Below are positions 30,618-41,963 of a DNA stretch of 64,000 bases, in pieces. A program made the translations under genes and the position numbers. Position 1 is the stretch's first letter; the number at the start of each line of letters is the position of its first letter. This DNA is from an uncultured Acidimicrobiia bacterium (GTDB lineage: Bacteria > Acidobacteriota > Terriglobia > Versatilivoradales > Versatilivoraceae), in contig CAWBAT010000003.1 in NCBI GenBank assembly GCA_963786955.1, forward strand, positions 160,001-224,000, given 5' to 3'. The notes beneath the pieces were generated by a model that saw nothing but the letters and a program-made list of their open reading frames with translations, had not been told where the DNA came from and made no database searches.

Positions 30618-32549
30618 ATGAAACGATTGGCACTTCGCCCCATTCTCTTGAGTTCATTATTTCTGTTGCTCGCGACGCCAGTTCGCTCGGCCTTCGCGCA
30701 GGTCTCACCGGGACCTCTTTCCAAAGCCCATAGTTCCTTGAACGGCCTCACGTAACTGCACTTCCTGCCACAGCTTTGGTGGAGGGGCGGGTAAGTTCAA
30801 ATGCGTTGAGTGCCACAAAGAGATTCTTCAACGAGTTCAAGAAAATAAGGGATATCACGCGCGAGTCGTCGATAGGAGTAAGGGGGGCCAGGATTGCATT
30901 CGCTGCCACGCCGAGCATTTAGGAGAAGACTTTGCCATAGTTCATTGGGAGCCGAGCCGCGAAAACTTTGACCACCGACAGACTGCTTACCCGCTCCTGG
31001 GAAAGCACGCCACTCTCGAATGTAGCCGCTGTCATAATCCTTCTCACATCGGTGCCGCCGAGTTGCGCGTTTTGCAGGGGAAAGATCTGAAGAAGACTTT
31101 TCTCGGGTTATCACAACAGTGCGTCGCTTGTCATAAAGATGTGCACAACGGCCAATTGGGTGAGAATTGCACTTCCTGTCATACCTTCCAGTCCTGGAAG
31201 GAGAAAGGAGGGTTCGATCATCAGCGGACTTCGTTTCCGTTGACCGGGCTGCACCAGCAAGTTCCCTGTCAGAAATGTCATCTCCTGCCCGAGAACGGCA
31301 CAGCTGTGGCGAAATACAAGGGAATAGCCTTTAGCCGCTGCACAGACTGTCACCGCGACCCCCACCAAGGTGCGTTTCAAGCGGCCTGCCATACCTGCCA
31401 TACGACAGGAGGGTGGAAACAAGTCAAGAAACTTTCCGGTTTTGACCATCAATTAACGAAGTTTCCATTGAAGGGGATGCATGCGGAGGTGGTCTGCGCA
31501 AAATGTCATCCAACCAGTAATTTCAAGCAGCCACTGCCTCATGCGCTGTGTGTGGATTGCCATAAAGTAGATCCTCACAACGGACAATTTGCGAAATCGC
31601 ACGGATCATGGCGAATGTGGAAGTTGTCATGTGGAAAAGGGATTTAAACCAGCGACATTCGCCTTGGAACATCATCAGAAAACGAGCTATCCACTGACGG
31701 GAAAACACGAAGCGGTCGTCTGCGCTAAATGCCATATTCCTAATGGAGCCAAGACGCTTTATCGTCTCAAGTACGAAGCCTGTCTGGACTGTCATAAGGA
31801 TGTCCATGACGGCCAATTTGCCGGCTCTGGATTACGGAACCGCTGTCAATCCTGCCATACGGTACAAGGGTTTCAACCCAGCACTTTTACACTTGCCCGG
31901 CATAGTGAGACTCGCTTCCGACTGACGGATGGTCATATCGCTGTGCCTTGTCTGGAGTGTCACAAGAGGCCGGCAAACCGTTATCCGCTGCCCCCGGCAC
32001 GATACAAGTTTGAACTCCTCGAATGCCAGTCCTGCCATAATGATCCGCATGGTGGAGAGTTTGCGGCGCGCGTCGAGAAGGTTTCTTTAAATGGTGGGAA
32101 GGACGATTGCCTCAGCTGCCACAACCTCAAGACCTGGAAAGACGTCGTGAAATTTGACCATGCGGAAACAAAGTTTCCTCTCTTCGGAGCTCATCGCGTG
32201 GTGGCATGCGCGGATTGTCATCGGCCGGACAACCTGGGGAGGGGTGTCCAGAATATTCGCTTCCGCATGGCCCCGAAAGACTGTGGTGGCTGCCATGAAA
32301 ACATTCATGGTGACCAGTTCAAGGTCGACGGCCACAGCCCGGATTGCTCTAGTTGCCATGACGTTTCGAAATGGAAGCCTTCTAAGTTTGATCATGAGAA
32401 AAAGGGCGCGTTTCTCCCTGGCTGGTGCGCACCAGTCTGTCCCTTGCCGTCTTTGCCACAAGTCGAAAATTGAAATTGAGGGGCGCGCCATGCTGATCTA
32501 TCGCCAGGCGCCAAAACAGTGCTCAGCTTGTCATGCAGACAAAACTTAA
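30618..32549 (+). CDS. Exported multiheme c-type cytochrome, ~23 CxxCH, rebuilt across ~3 apparent frameshifts
   Basis: MKRLALRP signal peptide, QVSPGPLSKAH, then CTSCH, CVECH, CIRCH, CSRCH ... CRLCH, CSACH with repeated FDH..T.FPL.G.H spacers. ORF pieces at 31063, 31589 and 32154. Confidence 0.88.
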
Positions 32550-32897
32550 ACAGTGGACTAGCGAAGGAGCAATCGATTCATGGTTTCGTTGAGAGTCGGC
32601 ACGATGCCGCATTCGCACTGGCTGCCTCTGTGAAGCAATCAGCCGAGCACCGCAGATGGGTACAATGTAAAAATGGCCGCAAGATTGTAAAAAATCCTCG
32701 GAATCTTCAAATCACCGTGACTTCAATGTGCAAATGATTTTCGGGAAATTCATGTTTTCTTGCTTCCTCGGATTTTCTCGATACATCTACTCCCGCTCAA
32801 CTTTCACCCACCTTGCACCACTTCCGTTTCTATTCCCTAATTTGAGCCGTTGTTGAATTCCCAACCCCAACCAACTAAGACGGGCCTTTCTGAGTAT

Positions 32898-32913
32898 TGG
32901 CCAATGAGTTGCA
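32898..32913 (+). promoter_or_regulatory. Putative sigma54 (-24/-12) promoter
   Basis: TGGCCAATGAGTTGCA has exact GG-N10-GC spacing, ~140 bp upstream of the large cytochrome gene. Confidence 0.5.
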
Positions 32914-33050
32914 ATCAATATGATTTGGTCTTTAGCGCACAACCATTCGCAAACTTTTGAAATACAAATTGAAACAAGCTGGAAAACTCTGTACTAACGA
33001 GAGTCTTCTTTACTCTGCAGGCATGAAAGAGCAGATTCTTTCGCTTACAA

Positions 33051-36000
33051 TTGACAGGCTTCAGTGGACAGCGCGTGAAACACGGGAAGCGCCGCGTGCG
33101 GCTGGCTCATCGCTCGAAGGTCGCTAGGGCCAGTTCAATTTTTTCACGGGCTGCGTTGGTACTGCTCTTTCCTTTGTCTTTCGTTTCTCCTCATGTTCTC
33201 AGCAGGGCTATGCAGCCGACAAACGAAATCCTCACGGCTCGTTACAGCTAGTTTGTGAGAGTTGCCACACGACCATAAGTTGGAGGCCAATCCGGAGCAA
33301 ACTAGAGTTCGATCATAACCATGATACCCGTTATCCTTTGCGTGGGTTACATGAAGGAGTGTCTTGTACCAGTTGTCATCGCAGTCTGATATTTAACAAT
33401 GTCGGGACAAAATGTGCTGACTGTCATGCGGATATTCATCGAAGACAATTTGGTCCTCGTTGTGAAGATTGTCATACCGTGCAAGGTTGGAAAGTTAATG
33501 TCCAATCGGTACGGAATCACCTCAACCGTTTCCCCTTGCTTGGGGCACATGCCGCCATCGACTGTGATTCCTGTCATCCAAAGGCTGCCACGAGGAGTCT
33601 ACATTGGTCTCAGCATGGATTGTGTGTCCTGTCATCTCAAAGACTATCAGGGAGCAACCTCTCCAAATCATGCCAGCGCTAATTTCCCACTCACCTGTCA
33701 GACCTGCCACGGAGTTGATCGATGGCAAGGTGCGAAATTTAACCATGCTCAGGTAACCGGATTTGCGTTGGTTGGAGCGCATGCTCAGTTGGAATGCAGT
33801 TCTTGTCACAAAGGACAGCAGTTTAAAGGAACTCCGCGAGATTGTTTTGGATGTCATGCGCAAGACTATAACCGAACAACGAATCCCAACCATGTGGCTG
33901 CCAATTTCCCGAAGGACTGTGCCATTTGTCATGACTCAGAGCATTGGCAAGGAGTCCGATTTGACCATAGCCAGACCGGGTTTGCACTGACGGGGGCGCA
34001 TGTCACGGCGCGATGCGATACCTGCCACCAAGCTGGGCGGTATAAAGGAACTCCAAGAGAATGTTTCAGTTGTCACGTCGCGAAATACGAGGGAACCCAA
34101 AACCCGGATCACCGAAAGGCAAACATCTCGACTCAGTGCGATAGTTGCCACACAACGTCCAATTGGCAGGGGGCCAAGTTTGACCATACATTGACTAAAT
34201 TTGCCCTCACCGGGGCTCATGTCTCAGTCAATTGCACTCAATGCCATGTGAAGGCCAGTTTTCGGGAACCCCCACGGACTGTTTCCTGCCTTATAGCTGC
34301 CATCAGTCAGCTTACAACTAAACCACTAACCCGAACCATCAGAAGGCAGGTTTTTCTCAGAACTGCACGGTCTGTCATACGACTCAGCAGTGGAAAGGCG
34401 CAAAGTTTGACCATAACAACACCAAATTTGCCCTTACCGGGGCTCATAGCTCAGTCGGTTGTGCCCAATGTCATGTGGGAGGGCGGTATGCCGGAACTCC
34501 GACCGATTGCGTCTCCTGTCATTTAAAGGATTTTGATGGAACAACATCACCCAATCACACGGACTGCTAATTTCCCGCGAGATTGCACGGTTTGCCACAC
34601 CACTCAACAATGGAAGGGGGCAAAGTTTGACCATACCAAGACCCGCTTCCCGCTAACTGGCGCCCACATCACCACGAGCTGTGCGCAATGTCACATCAAT
34701 GGAAAGTATACTGGGACGAGCACACAATGCATTGCTTGTCATCAGACTGATTACAATGGGGCAAAGAACCCCAATCACCTTACGGCAGGCTTTCCCGAAG
34801 GATTGCATCGTTTGCCACACCATCACCGGCTGGAAAGGCGCTCGCTTTGATCATAATTCCACGCGCTTTCCGCTGACCGGCTCACATACCAGTGTAAGCT
34901 GTGACAAGTGTCACGTCGGTGGGCAATATGCGGGGACGACGATGCAGTGCGTCGGGCTGTCACAAGGCGGACTACAATGGAACCACAAACCCCAATCATG
35001 TTGCTGCAGGTTTCCCGCAGGACTGCACGGTCTGTCACAACACCGTTCAATGGAAAGGCGCCCACTTTGATCATAATGGCGCGACGAAATTTCCGTTGAC
35101 CGGTGCTCACATTTCTGTCAACTGCAGTCAATGTCACCTGAACAACCGGTTTGCCGGAACGCCATCTGACTGCATCGCCTGCCATCTGGCGGATTATAAT
35201 CGGAACCACGAACCCCAATCACAAAGCAGCAGGATTTCCGCAGACTTGCACGCACTTGCCATACGACGGCGCAATGGAAGGGAGCTCGTTTTGATCACTC
35301 GACGGCCACGCACTTTCCACTTACAGGAGCCCATGTCAACGTTGCTTGTACCCAATGCCATGCCAACAACCGATTTGCCGGAACACCTACGGATTGTGCC
35401 TCCTGTCATTTGAGTGCTTATAACGGAACCACAAATCCCAACCATGTGGCTGCGGGATTCCCTAAAGATTGTTCTTTGTGCCATACGACGACGGCCTGGC
35501 CGGGAGCCAAGTTTGATCATTCGCAAACCAAGTTCCCACTGACGGGCGCTCACGTATCGCTTACTTGCAGCAATTGTCATAGCAGTGGAAAGTACGCCGG
35601 GTTGGGCACGTCCTGTGTCACTTGCCATTTGAAGGAATACAACGCCACGACCAATCCCAATCACGCTGCCGCTGGTTTTCCGCAGGATTGTCAAACCTGC
35701 CACAGCACCACCCAGTGGAAAGGCGCTGATTTTTGATCATAGCAAGACCCGCTTCCCATTGACCGGTGCCCACAGAACCGTCACCTTGTGTGAGTTGTCA
35801 TATCGGTGGACGATACGCGGGAACGCCCATGGATTGCTACAGTTGCCATCGAACTGTATATGAAACCGTGAGCAATCCGAACCATCTTTCCGCCGGCTTC
35901 CCCAAGACCTGCGAGACTTGCCACACGACGACGACTTGGACGGGCGCAACCTTCAACCACAAATTCCCAATTTATTCAGGGACACACAGAGGGAAATGGA

Positions 36001-36168
36001 CCACTTGTAACGATTGCCACACCAATCCGGCGAATTATTCGTTGTTCAGCTGTATCAAATTGTCATACCCACGATAAGACCCCCATGGATCAGAAACATT
36101 CGGGCGTTCGAAACTATGTTTATAACAGTGTGAACTGCTATGCCTGCCATCCAACAGGGAGCAATTAA
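33051..36168 (+). CDS. Very large multiheme c-type cytochrome, ~40 CxxCH in tandem triheme modules, rebuilt across many apparent frameshifts; start uncertain
   Basis: Repeating ~75-aa unit FDH..T.FPLTGAH....CxxCH......GTP.DCxxCH..DY..TTNPNH.AAGFP.DCxxCH....W.GA. Ends NCYACHPTGSN with TAA at 36166-36168. Confidence 0.88.
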
Positions 36169-37841
36169 ATGTTGAGAACGATCACCGTTTATTTTGTGCT
36201 CTTCTGCCTTTCTTTTCAGGCCCTTTCTGCCGCTCCGCAGAACGAGGAAAAACAACTCTCTTTTAGGGTCAAATATGTGGCGGCCGATGCCATCTATCTG
36301 GATTCAGGTCTCGAGGCGGGTCTTAAGGAAGGGATGGATTGACCGTCAAGCGGCTCTTGCCCGGAGAGCCGACCATGGCAGCCAAGGTCGTTGGCGAAAT
36401 TGTGGTGACCTCGCTGGCAAGAAGCTCAGCGGTGTGCTCGATTGAATCGTCACAGCTCCCCTTTCAGACGGGGGACATGGCTTTCCTGTCTCAACAAGAT
36501 GCCGAAGCCGTGCACGCCCAGAGCGCTGCGGCAGGCCGAAAATATGCTCAAGTCGTGACGTTTACAGAAGGGGATCCACTGGATGAAGAGATGCGGGAAA
36601 TGGTTCCCCATCCACCGCTTCCCGAAGTGAACCGTATTCGTGGAAGGATTGGTTTCGAAAACAGCAGCATTTGGGATCGCGGAAGCGGGGGGGGCCATTC
36701 TCTTCAGACAGGGCTCGTCGTTAGAGCGGACATGACGAGGATCGGGGGAACCTATTGGAACTTCACTGGCTATTGGCGGGGTCGCATCAACTCCCGTAAT
36801 ACCGGGCCGCAACAGCAAACCCTCACTGACTTGCTCAACCGGACTTATCAGATTGGGCTGCAATACGCCAATCCCCAATCCCGGCTCGTCGCCGGAATCG
36901 GTCGGCTCTATATCCCTTGGGCCAGCAGCTTAAGCACAATTGACGGAGGCTATTTTGGAGCCAGGTTGGGTAAGAATGCCACTGTCGGGTTTTTTGGCGG
37001 TTCTACGCCGGATCCCACAGCTTGGAATTACAACCCGGACCGGCAAATCGCTGGAACCTTCGTCAATTTCGAAGGGGGATCGTATGAACACGTTCGCTAT
37101 ACCAGTACGACTGGTATCGCTTTGACTCGGGTGCAATTCAGGCCGGAACGTGAGTATGCTTTTTTTGAAAACGCGCTGTTCTTCAAGAAATACATCTCAA
37201 TCTATAACAATCTGGAAGTAGACAAATTGACTTTGGGACGCTTTGGGAGCCTCGAGAGCGGGCCTGCGGTGAGCCGAAGTTTCCTGACCGTCCGATATCA
37301 GCCTCACCGGAGAATCGCCTTCGACGTGAATCAAAATTATTTCCGGAACATTCCTACATTCGATACCCGGCTAATTGGGATTGGGCTTCTCGACCGCTAC
37401 CTGTTCCAAGGGTTAAGCGGCGGGGTTCGACTGGAATTACCGTATCGGGTTACGCTCTACACAAGTCTGGGAAGAAGCAAACGCGATTCGGATTTCAAGC
37501 CATCCTTAAACCAGATGTATGGCGTTACATTCAACAGGGTATGGCGCACCGGAATCCGCGCCGATTTTCGTTATTCGCAATTCGATAGTTCCTTTGGAAA
37601 GGGATCTTATTCGGCGATCTCATTTTCCCGAGAAGTGACTGACAAGCTGCGTATAGAGTTGCAAGGGGGAAAGCAAACTCTCGCTTCACCCTTCACTCAA
37701 CAGAGCGATACCTTGTGGATGAACGGTTCATTTGACTATTTTCTAGGGACCCATTACTTCCTGGGTGCCGGTTACATGATTTATCGAGGGCAGGTACAGG
37801 ATTACGACCAATCGTACATTAACTTAGGATATCGATTCTAG
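36169..37841 (+). CDS. Outer-membrane beta-barrel (putative porin of a porin-cytochrome complex), frameshift near 36338
   Basis: ATG directly after the cytochrome stop; signal peptide MLRTITVYFVLFCLSFQALSA; many aromatic/Gly-rich amphipathic strands; C-terminal YINLGYRF. Confidence 0.8.
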
Positions 37842-37916
37842 AGTGAGGTGAATTCCGGTGCTGTTCGGATCAATGTCACAACTCCTATCGGGAGAGGGAA
37901 GGTGTGAAGAAATTCC

Positions 37917-38058
37917 GCCGGGTCGGGGGACCCGGCCTATAACACGGTGGCAGGCGGTTTGGAAGGTTGCAGGCTTGGGGCTTTATCAAAGCCCCAACCT
38001 CACGCGGCGTTTTCCAATTATTTCACACCCTCAGGGGGACGCTCAGAGAGCGCCATCG
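37917..38058. repeat. Cluster of REP-like palindromes inside the cytochrome cluster
   Basis: gccgggtcgggggacccggc, ttggggctttatcaaagccccaa and gacgctcagagagcgcc hairpins. Confidence 0.55.
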
Positions 38059-38124
38059 AAATCAATTCTTTCATGCCTTGAGGATTTTGGGGCTGAGGAG
38101 CAGACCGTTTATTCAAGACTTCTG

Positions 38125-38940
38125 ATGATTTTAAGAATGCCATTAGGTTTTGCCGGATGGGGATACTTCTGTTTCATTTCGCTAATCTTTTCCCTCCAAC
38201 TTAAGGTCTCTGCCTCAGAATTTTCTTTGGACACAGTTCTGGATAGGACCGGAAAACGCGTCGAGAAGCTACTGGATCGGTTTTCCGAGGTCACTTGCAC
38301 CGAGGTCGTGTCGCAAACGAAGCTTGGCCCAAGCGGAAAAGTAGCCTCGCAAACAAAAGTGACCTTCGATACATTAATCATCCTGCAGATGACGGACGAT
38401 GATATCAGTATCGAGGAGTCGAGATTGGAGCAAGGGAAACCAATCAAAGGGAAGAATACGGAAAAATCCTTGCTTGTGACCAACGGATTCTCAGTATTCT
38501 TGATGGTCTTTCATCCCTCTTTCAGAAGCAGTTTTGAATTCGAATTGGGAGACACGAATGATTTGGGTGGGCAGCGAATGCAGATCGTCCATTTTCAGCA
38601 AGTTCGTGGAAAACGGTCTCCCTCGGCTCTCCAATTGAGGGGACGCGACTACCCACTTGAGTGGGAAGGGGAAGCCTGGGTTGATCCCCGCACCGGCTAT
38701 GTTGCCCGAATGACGGCAACACTAAAGACAAGCTTGGAAGATGTAGGGCTCAAAAGCCTGAGCAGTGAAGTCGTTTATCAACCGGTGACATTTGTGGGGG
38801 CCGGGGAGACCCAATGGTTACCGTCAGTTGCCATGATCGAGGCTGTGTCGTTAAAGCAACACTGGAGGAACACACATCAATTTTCAAATTACCGTCTCTT
38901 TTCAGTCAACACGAGCACTAAGACTGAGGATCCGCAATGA
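38125..38940 (+). CDS. Exported hypothetical protein (beta-rich, LolA-like envelope type)
   Basis: Hydrophobic N-terminus, CTEVVSQ, WEGEAWVDPRTGYVAR, WLP, FSNYRLF; stop overlaps the next ATG (ATGA). Confidence 0.7.
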   Translation: MILRMPLGFAGWGYFCFISLIFSLQLKVSASEFSLDTVLDRTGKRVEKLLDRFSEVTCTEVVSQTKLGPSGKVASQTKVTFDTLIILQMTDDDISIEESRLEQGKPIKGKNTEKSLLVTNGFSVFLMVFHPSFRSSFEFELGDTNDLGGQRMQIVHFQQVRGKRSPSALQLRGRDYPLEWEGEAWVDPRTGYVARMTATLKTSLEDVGLKSLSSEVVYQPVTFVGAGETQWLPSVAMIEAVSLKQHWRNTHQFSNYRLFSVNTSTKTEDPQ

Positions 38941-39888
38941 AAGAAAGAATGACTTTGGCGCAACCCGTGCGTCTTTTGTCTATCCCTCTAGTGGGGCCCA
39001 ATCTCCGTCATCGAGCTTGTCTCGGAGCAGCCTGGCTGGTGGCTGGGATTCTCATCGTGAGCTTGGCGATCCACGGTTACACCTACTATAAGCTCCCGCT
39101 GCCCAAAGAGTCTTTTCTCCCTTTCATGCATCCTTGAAACCGAGTGGAAGCATCGGACTCCGACTTGGAATATTGGGTACTGTTCTTTTCGGATTTCTCT
39201 ATTTATACCTCATCCGAAAACGCTGGGGTTGGCTGGGCAGGATTGGAAAAACAAGACATTGGCTCGACTTTCACGTACTTTTCGGTACTACCGCGCCAAT
39301 TATCATCACGTTTCATTCCTCCTTTAAACTTCACGGGCTGGCAGGGGTGGCTTACTGGATCATGATGGCAGTGATGATCAGCGGTATCGTTGGTCGATAT
39401 CTCTACGCCATGGTCCCGAGGAGTTTAAGTTCCATGGAAATGTCGTTAAAGAAATGGAAGAAATCATTGCGCTCCAGTCCCGGCAGTTAGGACATCAGGC
39501 ACTCGTCGGGACGCAGGAATTGGAACCCCTATTCCAGGTACCGTCTGCGGATGAGGCCCGGCGCATGTCACTTTATCGAGCGCTGTTAACCCTGGTATGG
39601 CTGGATTTGGCGCGGCCCTTTCAAGTCAGCCGGTTGCGACGGCAGTCCATCTCTCCCTTCACGAAGTTCATCACCCTTGGAGGACTTTTCCCTTCCAGGG
39701 ATGAAGTCCTGGAGACGATTGTCTCAACGGCCAAACGACAGTCCTTGCTGCTCACACGGATACTGTTCCTCGACAGGATTCACCAGGTATTTCATCTCTG
39801 GCATATCGTGCACCGGCCGTTCAGTTATTCTTTTGCAGCGCTTGTCGTTGTCCATATTGGGGTCGCCTTGTGGCTCGGGTATTTTTAG
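38937..39888 (+). CDS. Polytopic inner-membrane protein with His in TM segments (ferric-reductase/cytochrome b-like), two apparent frameshifts
   Basis: Pieces at 38937, 39134 and 39454: WLDFHVLFG, ITFHSSFK, SGIVGRYLY, WHIVHRPFSY, VVVHIGV. Confidence 0.75.
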
Positions 39889-39906
39889 TGAACGGATAAA
39901 AAACAA

Positions 39907-40530
39907 ATGAAAAAAAGTATGACGAAGACGCGGCACTCCATACTACTCCTCAGTATTATCCTGGTGACCGGTGCTCTCATCTATTTCACGTTGCCCAGAA
40001 AATCGACTTCACTATCCAAGGTGACGAAAGTAAATCCTGTTGCGGCCCCGGAGATGCAGAAGGAGCATGCCGATAAAGGTGAAAAGTCCCATGAATTAAG
40101 AACCCTGGAGGCGCAACTCCAACAGAAACCGGATCATACTCCAATTCTGTTGCGGCAGGCCGAGATCTATCGCGAAATGGGAAAGCCCACAGAATCGGCG
40201 AAGCTTCTAAAGCAAATTGTTGCCAATGAACCGAACAATTCTCAGGCACAATTAGAGCTAGGCCGAGTTCTCTATGATTCCGGGGACATTCAGGGAGCCA
40301 TCGCAGCGACGAATACGATCCTGAAAAATGATCCCAAAAATACAGATGCCCTCTATAACCTCGGGGCGATTTATGGGAATCTGAATAACGAAAAACTGGC
40401 CCAAGAGTATTGGAACCGTACCATTACCGCTGACCCTTATTCCGCAAGTGCTGATCTTGCCCGTCAAGCGCTGACCCGCATGAGTCACTCGGCGGGTGAA
40501 ACTAGTCAGACCGCGAAAATTTCGAAATAA
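39907..40530 (+). CDS. Membrane-anchored TPR protein
   Basis: N-terminal TM; TPR motifs AQLELGRVLY and ALYNLGAIY. Confidence 0.85.
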   Translation: MKKSMTKTRHSILLLSIILVTGALIYFTLPRKSTSLSKVTKVNPVAAPEMQKEHADKGEKSHELRTLEAQLQQKPDHTPILLRQAEIYREMGKPTESAKLLKQIVANEPNNSQAQLELGRVLYDSGDIQGAIAATNTILKNDPKNTDALYNLGAIYGNLNNEKLAQEYWNRTITADPYSASADLARQALTRMSHSAGETSQTAKISK

Positions 40531-40735
40531 TTGAAAGTCCGGGCTTTTGCCAGGCTTGGCTAATGTTTTTCTCGAATCTTTTGTGACTCAATTATTTTTA
40601 GTTTGTCTTTTCGAATGTTGCTGGCAGGACGGGGGCAATGGGCTCTAGTCTAAAATGGTAATGGAGCAAGCTAAATTTGGTTCAGACCGTTCCGCGTCAA
40701 GGACCGCACGTGGATTGTACGGTCAACTCGCCATT

Positions 40736-41143
40736 TTAGGGGGGAGACTTTGTCTTCTTGCTGAGCACATGGGCTTCACGAACAAATCGAGCCATGGACT
40801 TTGAAAGATGTCCCAGCACGATAATCCATTCTTCGAAATGACGTTCCCCATTGGATGTCAACTTATAAAGACGTCTCGCCGGACCACTCCCACCCACATT
40901 CCATACCGAGACAACATTGCCATTCTTTTCCAATTGCCGGAGCGTTCGGTAGAGAGCGGCCACTTCGATTTCCGCATCGGTCAAGGCATGCGCCTTTAGT
41001 TCGTTGGCTAAATCATAGCCATAGGATTGGCCCTTCGTCTTCAAGAGAAAGAGCACAACAGGCTCAACAAATCGATACAGATTGCCCATCGCACAACTGC
41101 AGGGATATTCTCGACCGTGACGTAAGCAGATCTTTCGAGCCAT
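40736..41143 (-). CDS. PadR-family transcriptional regulator with Cys/His-rich N-terminus
   Basis: SYGYDL, LYRTLRQLEKNG, GPARRLYKLT..G; N-terminal CLRHGREYPCSC. Confidence 0.9.
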   Translation of the reverse strand: MARKICLRHGREYPCSCAMGNLYRFVEPVVLFLLKTKGQSYGYDLANELKAHALTDAEIEVAALYRTLRQLEKNGNVVSVWNVGGSGPARRLYKLTSNGERHFEEWIIVLGHLSKSMARFVREAHVLSKKTKSPP

Positions 41144-41204
41144 AGATTTGAGGGTCCCTATATATTGTTCACCAAAGTTTTTTTTCGGACCGGAGCGGAC
41201 TAAA

Positions 41205-41260
41205 AAATCTGTTGCATGATACTAACAGATTTGTCAATATAGATGCAAGTTGCATATAGT
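41205..41260 (+). promoter_or_regulatory. Sigma70-like promoter with overlapping inverted repeats (candidate PadR operators)
   Basis: TTGTCA-N18-TATAGT (41231-41260); palindrome ATGCAA-G-TTGCAT (41243-41255); aaatctgtt-N10-aacagattt (41205-41232). Confidence 0.55.
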
Positions 41261-41325
41261 TTGTCCGGACCACTCTTACGAGCCGCTCCGGGATATTCAA
41301 AGAAATAAAAGAAAGGAGTCGAGCC

Positions 41326-41814
41326 ATGAAAATCATTGCCAAGCTTGGTCTCATCTTACTTCTCTGGTTCTTAAATCTTACCCCAGTCTCGGCACACTGC
41401 TGGGGCCACCATGGGGATTGCTGCCGTTCCGGGAACGACATGGGAACCTGTGCGGATTGTACTTGGAGATACACCCCGCCTTGTCAGAACGGCCATTTTG
41501 TGGCTCAAGGGTCGGTGCAGAATCTCGAAACAATAAAGGGAAAGGTTGCTGAGGTGAACTACTTGCCTGGCGCCGGCGCCAGTAGTGCGATGGTTGAGAT
41601 TCAATTGCAGGGTGATGCCCCAACAACCCCGGTTCGTCTGGGACCGACTGGCTTTCTCAGTCGAAACGGACTGGGCCTTAAAGAGGGAGACGTGGTTCAG
41701 GTTCGCGGTTATCGCGTGAGTGCCAATGAGGTTGAATTCCTTGTCGCGACCGAGATTGAGAAGAATGGCAAAAACCTGGTCTTGCGAAACGAGCGAGGTC
41801 GGCCTGCTTGGTGA
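41326..41814 (+). CDS. Exported OB-fold protein with Cys/His-rich N-terminal arm
   Basis: Signal peptide; HCWGHHGDCC..CADC; ETIKGKV, VRLGP..FL, GDVVQVRG, LRNERGRPAW. Confidence 0.75.
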   Translation: MKIIAKLGLILLLWFLNLTPVSAHCWGHHGDCCRSGNDMGTCADCTWRYTPPCQNGHFVAQGSVQNLETIKGKVAEVNYLPGAGASSAMVEIQLQGDAPTTPVRLGPTGFLSRNGLGLKEGDVVQVRGYRVSANEVEFLVATEIEKNGKNLVLRNERGRPAW

Positions 41815-41963
41815 GGTGGCAGGTACCACGCTAAAACAGGCAACTTGGCGGTATTATTTGCTGGCCGAAAGTGCTCGTCGCATCCTCCCGTTTGCGATGG
41901 AGTGGTTAAGTCAAGACGCTCGACCAGCGCGGGGTAGGATCGAGAGAGTAAAGGGGGTTCTTC

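Noticed and set aside
33250-36000. Repeated ~225-bp units as a DGR template/variable pair or cassette system
   Set aside because: No reverse transcriptase or recombinase in the window, differences are not adenine-specific by eye, and the repeats are explained by triheme protein modules.
37858-38124. N-terminal extension of the 360-aa ORF
   Set aside because: Runs through REP-like palindromes; the signal-peptide-like segment starts after 38125.
30618-39888. Programmed frameshifting or phase variation in the cytochrome cluster
   Set aside because: Too many shifts, no shared slippery motif, and the same pattern occurs in unrelated enzymes; sequencing error is simpler.
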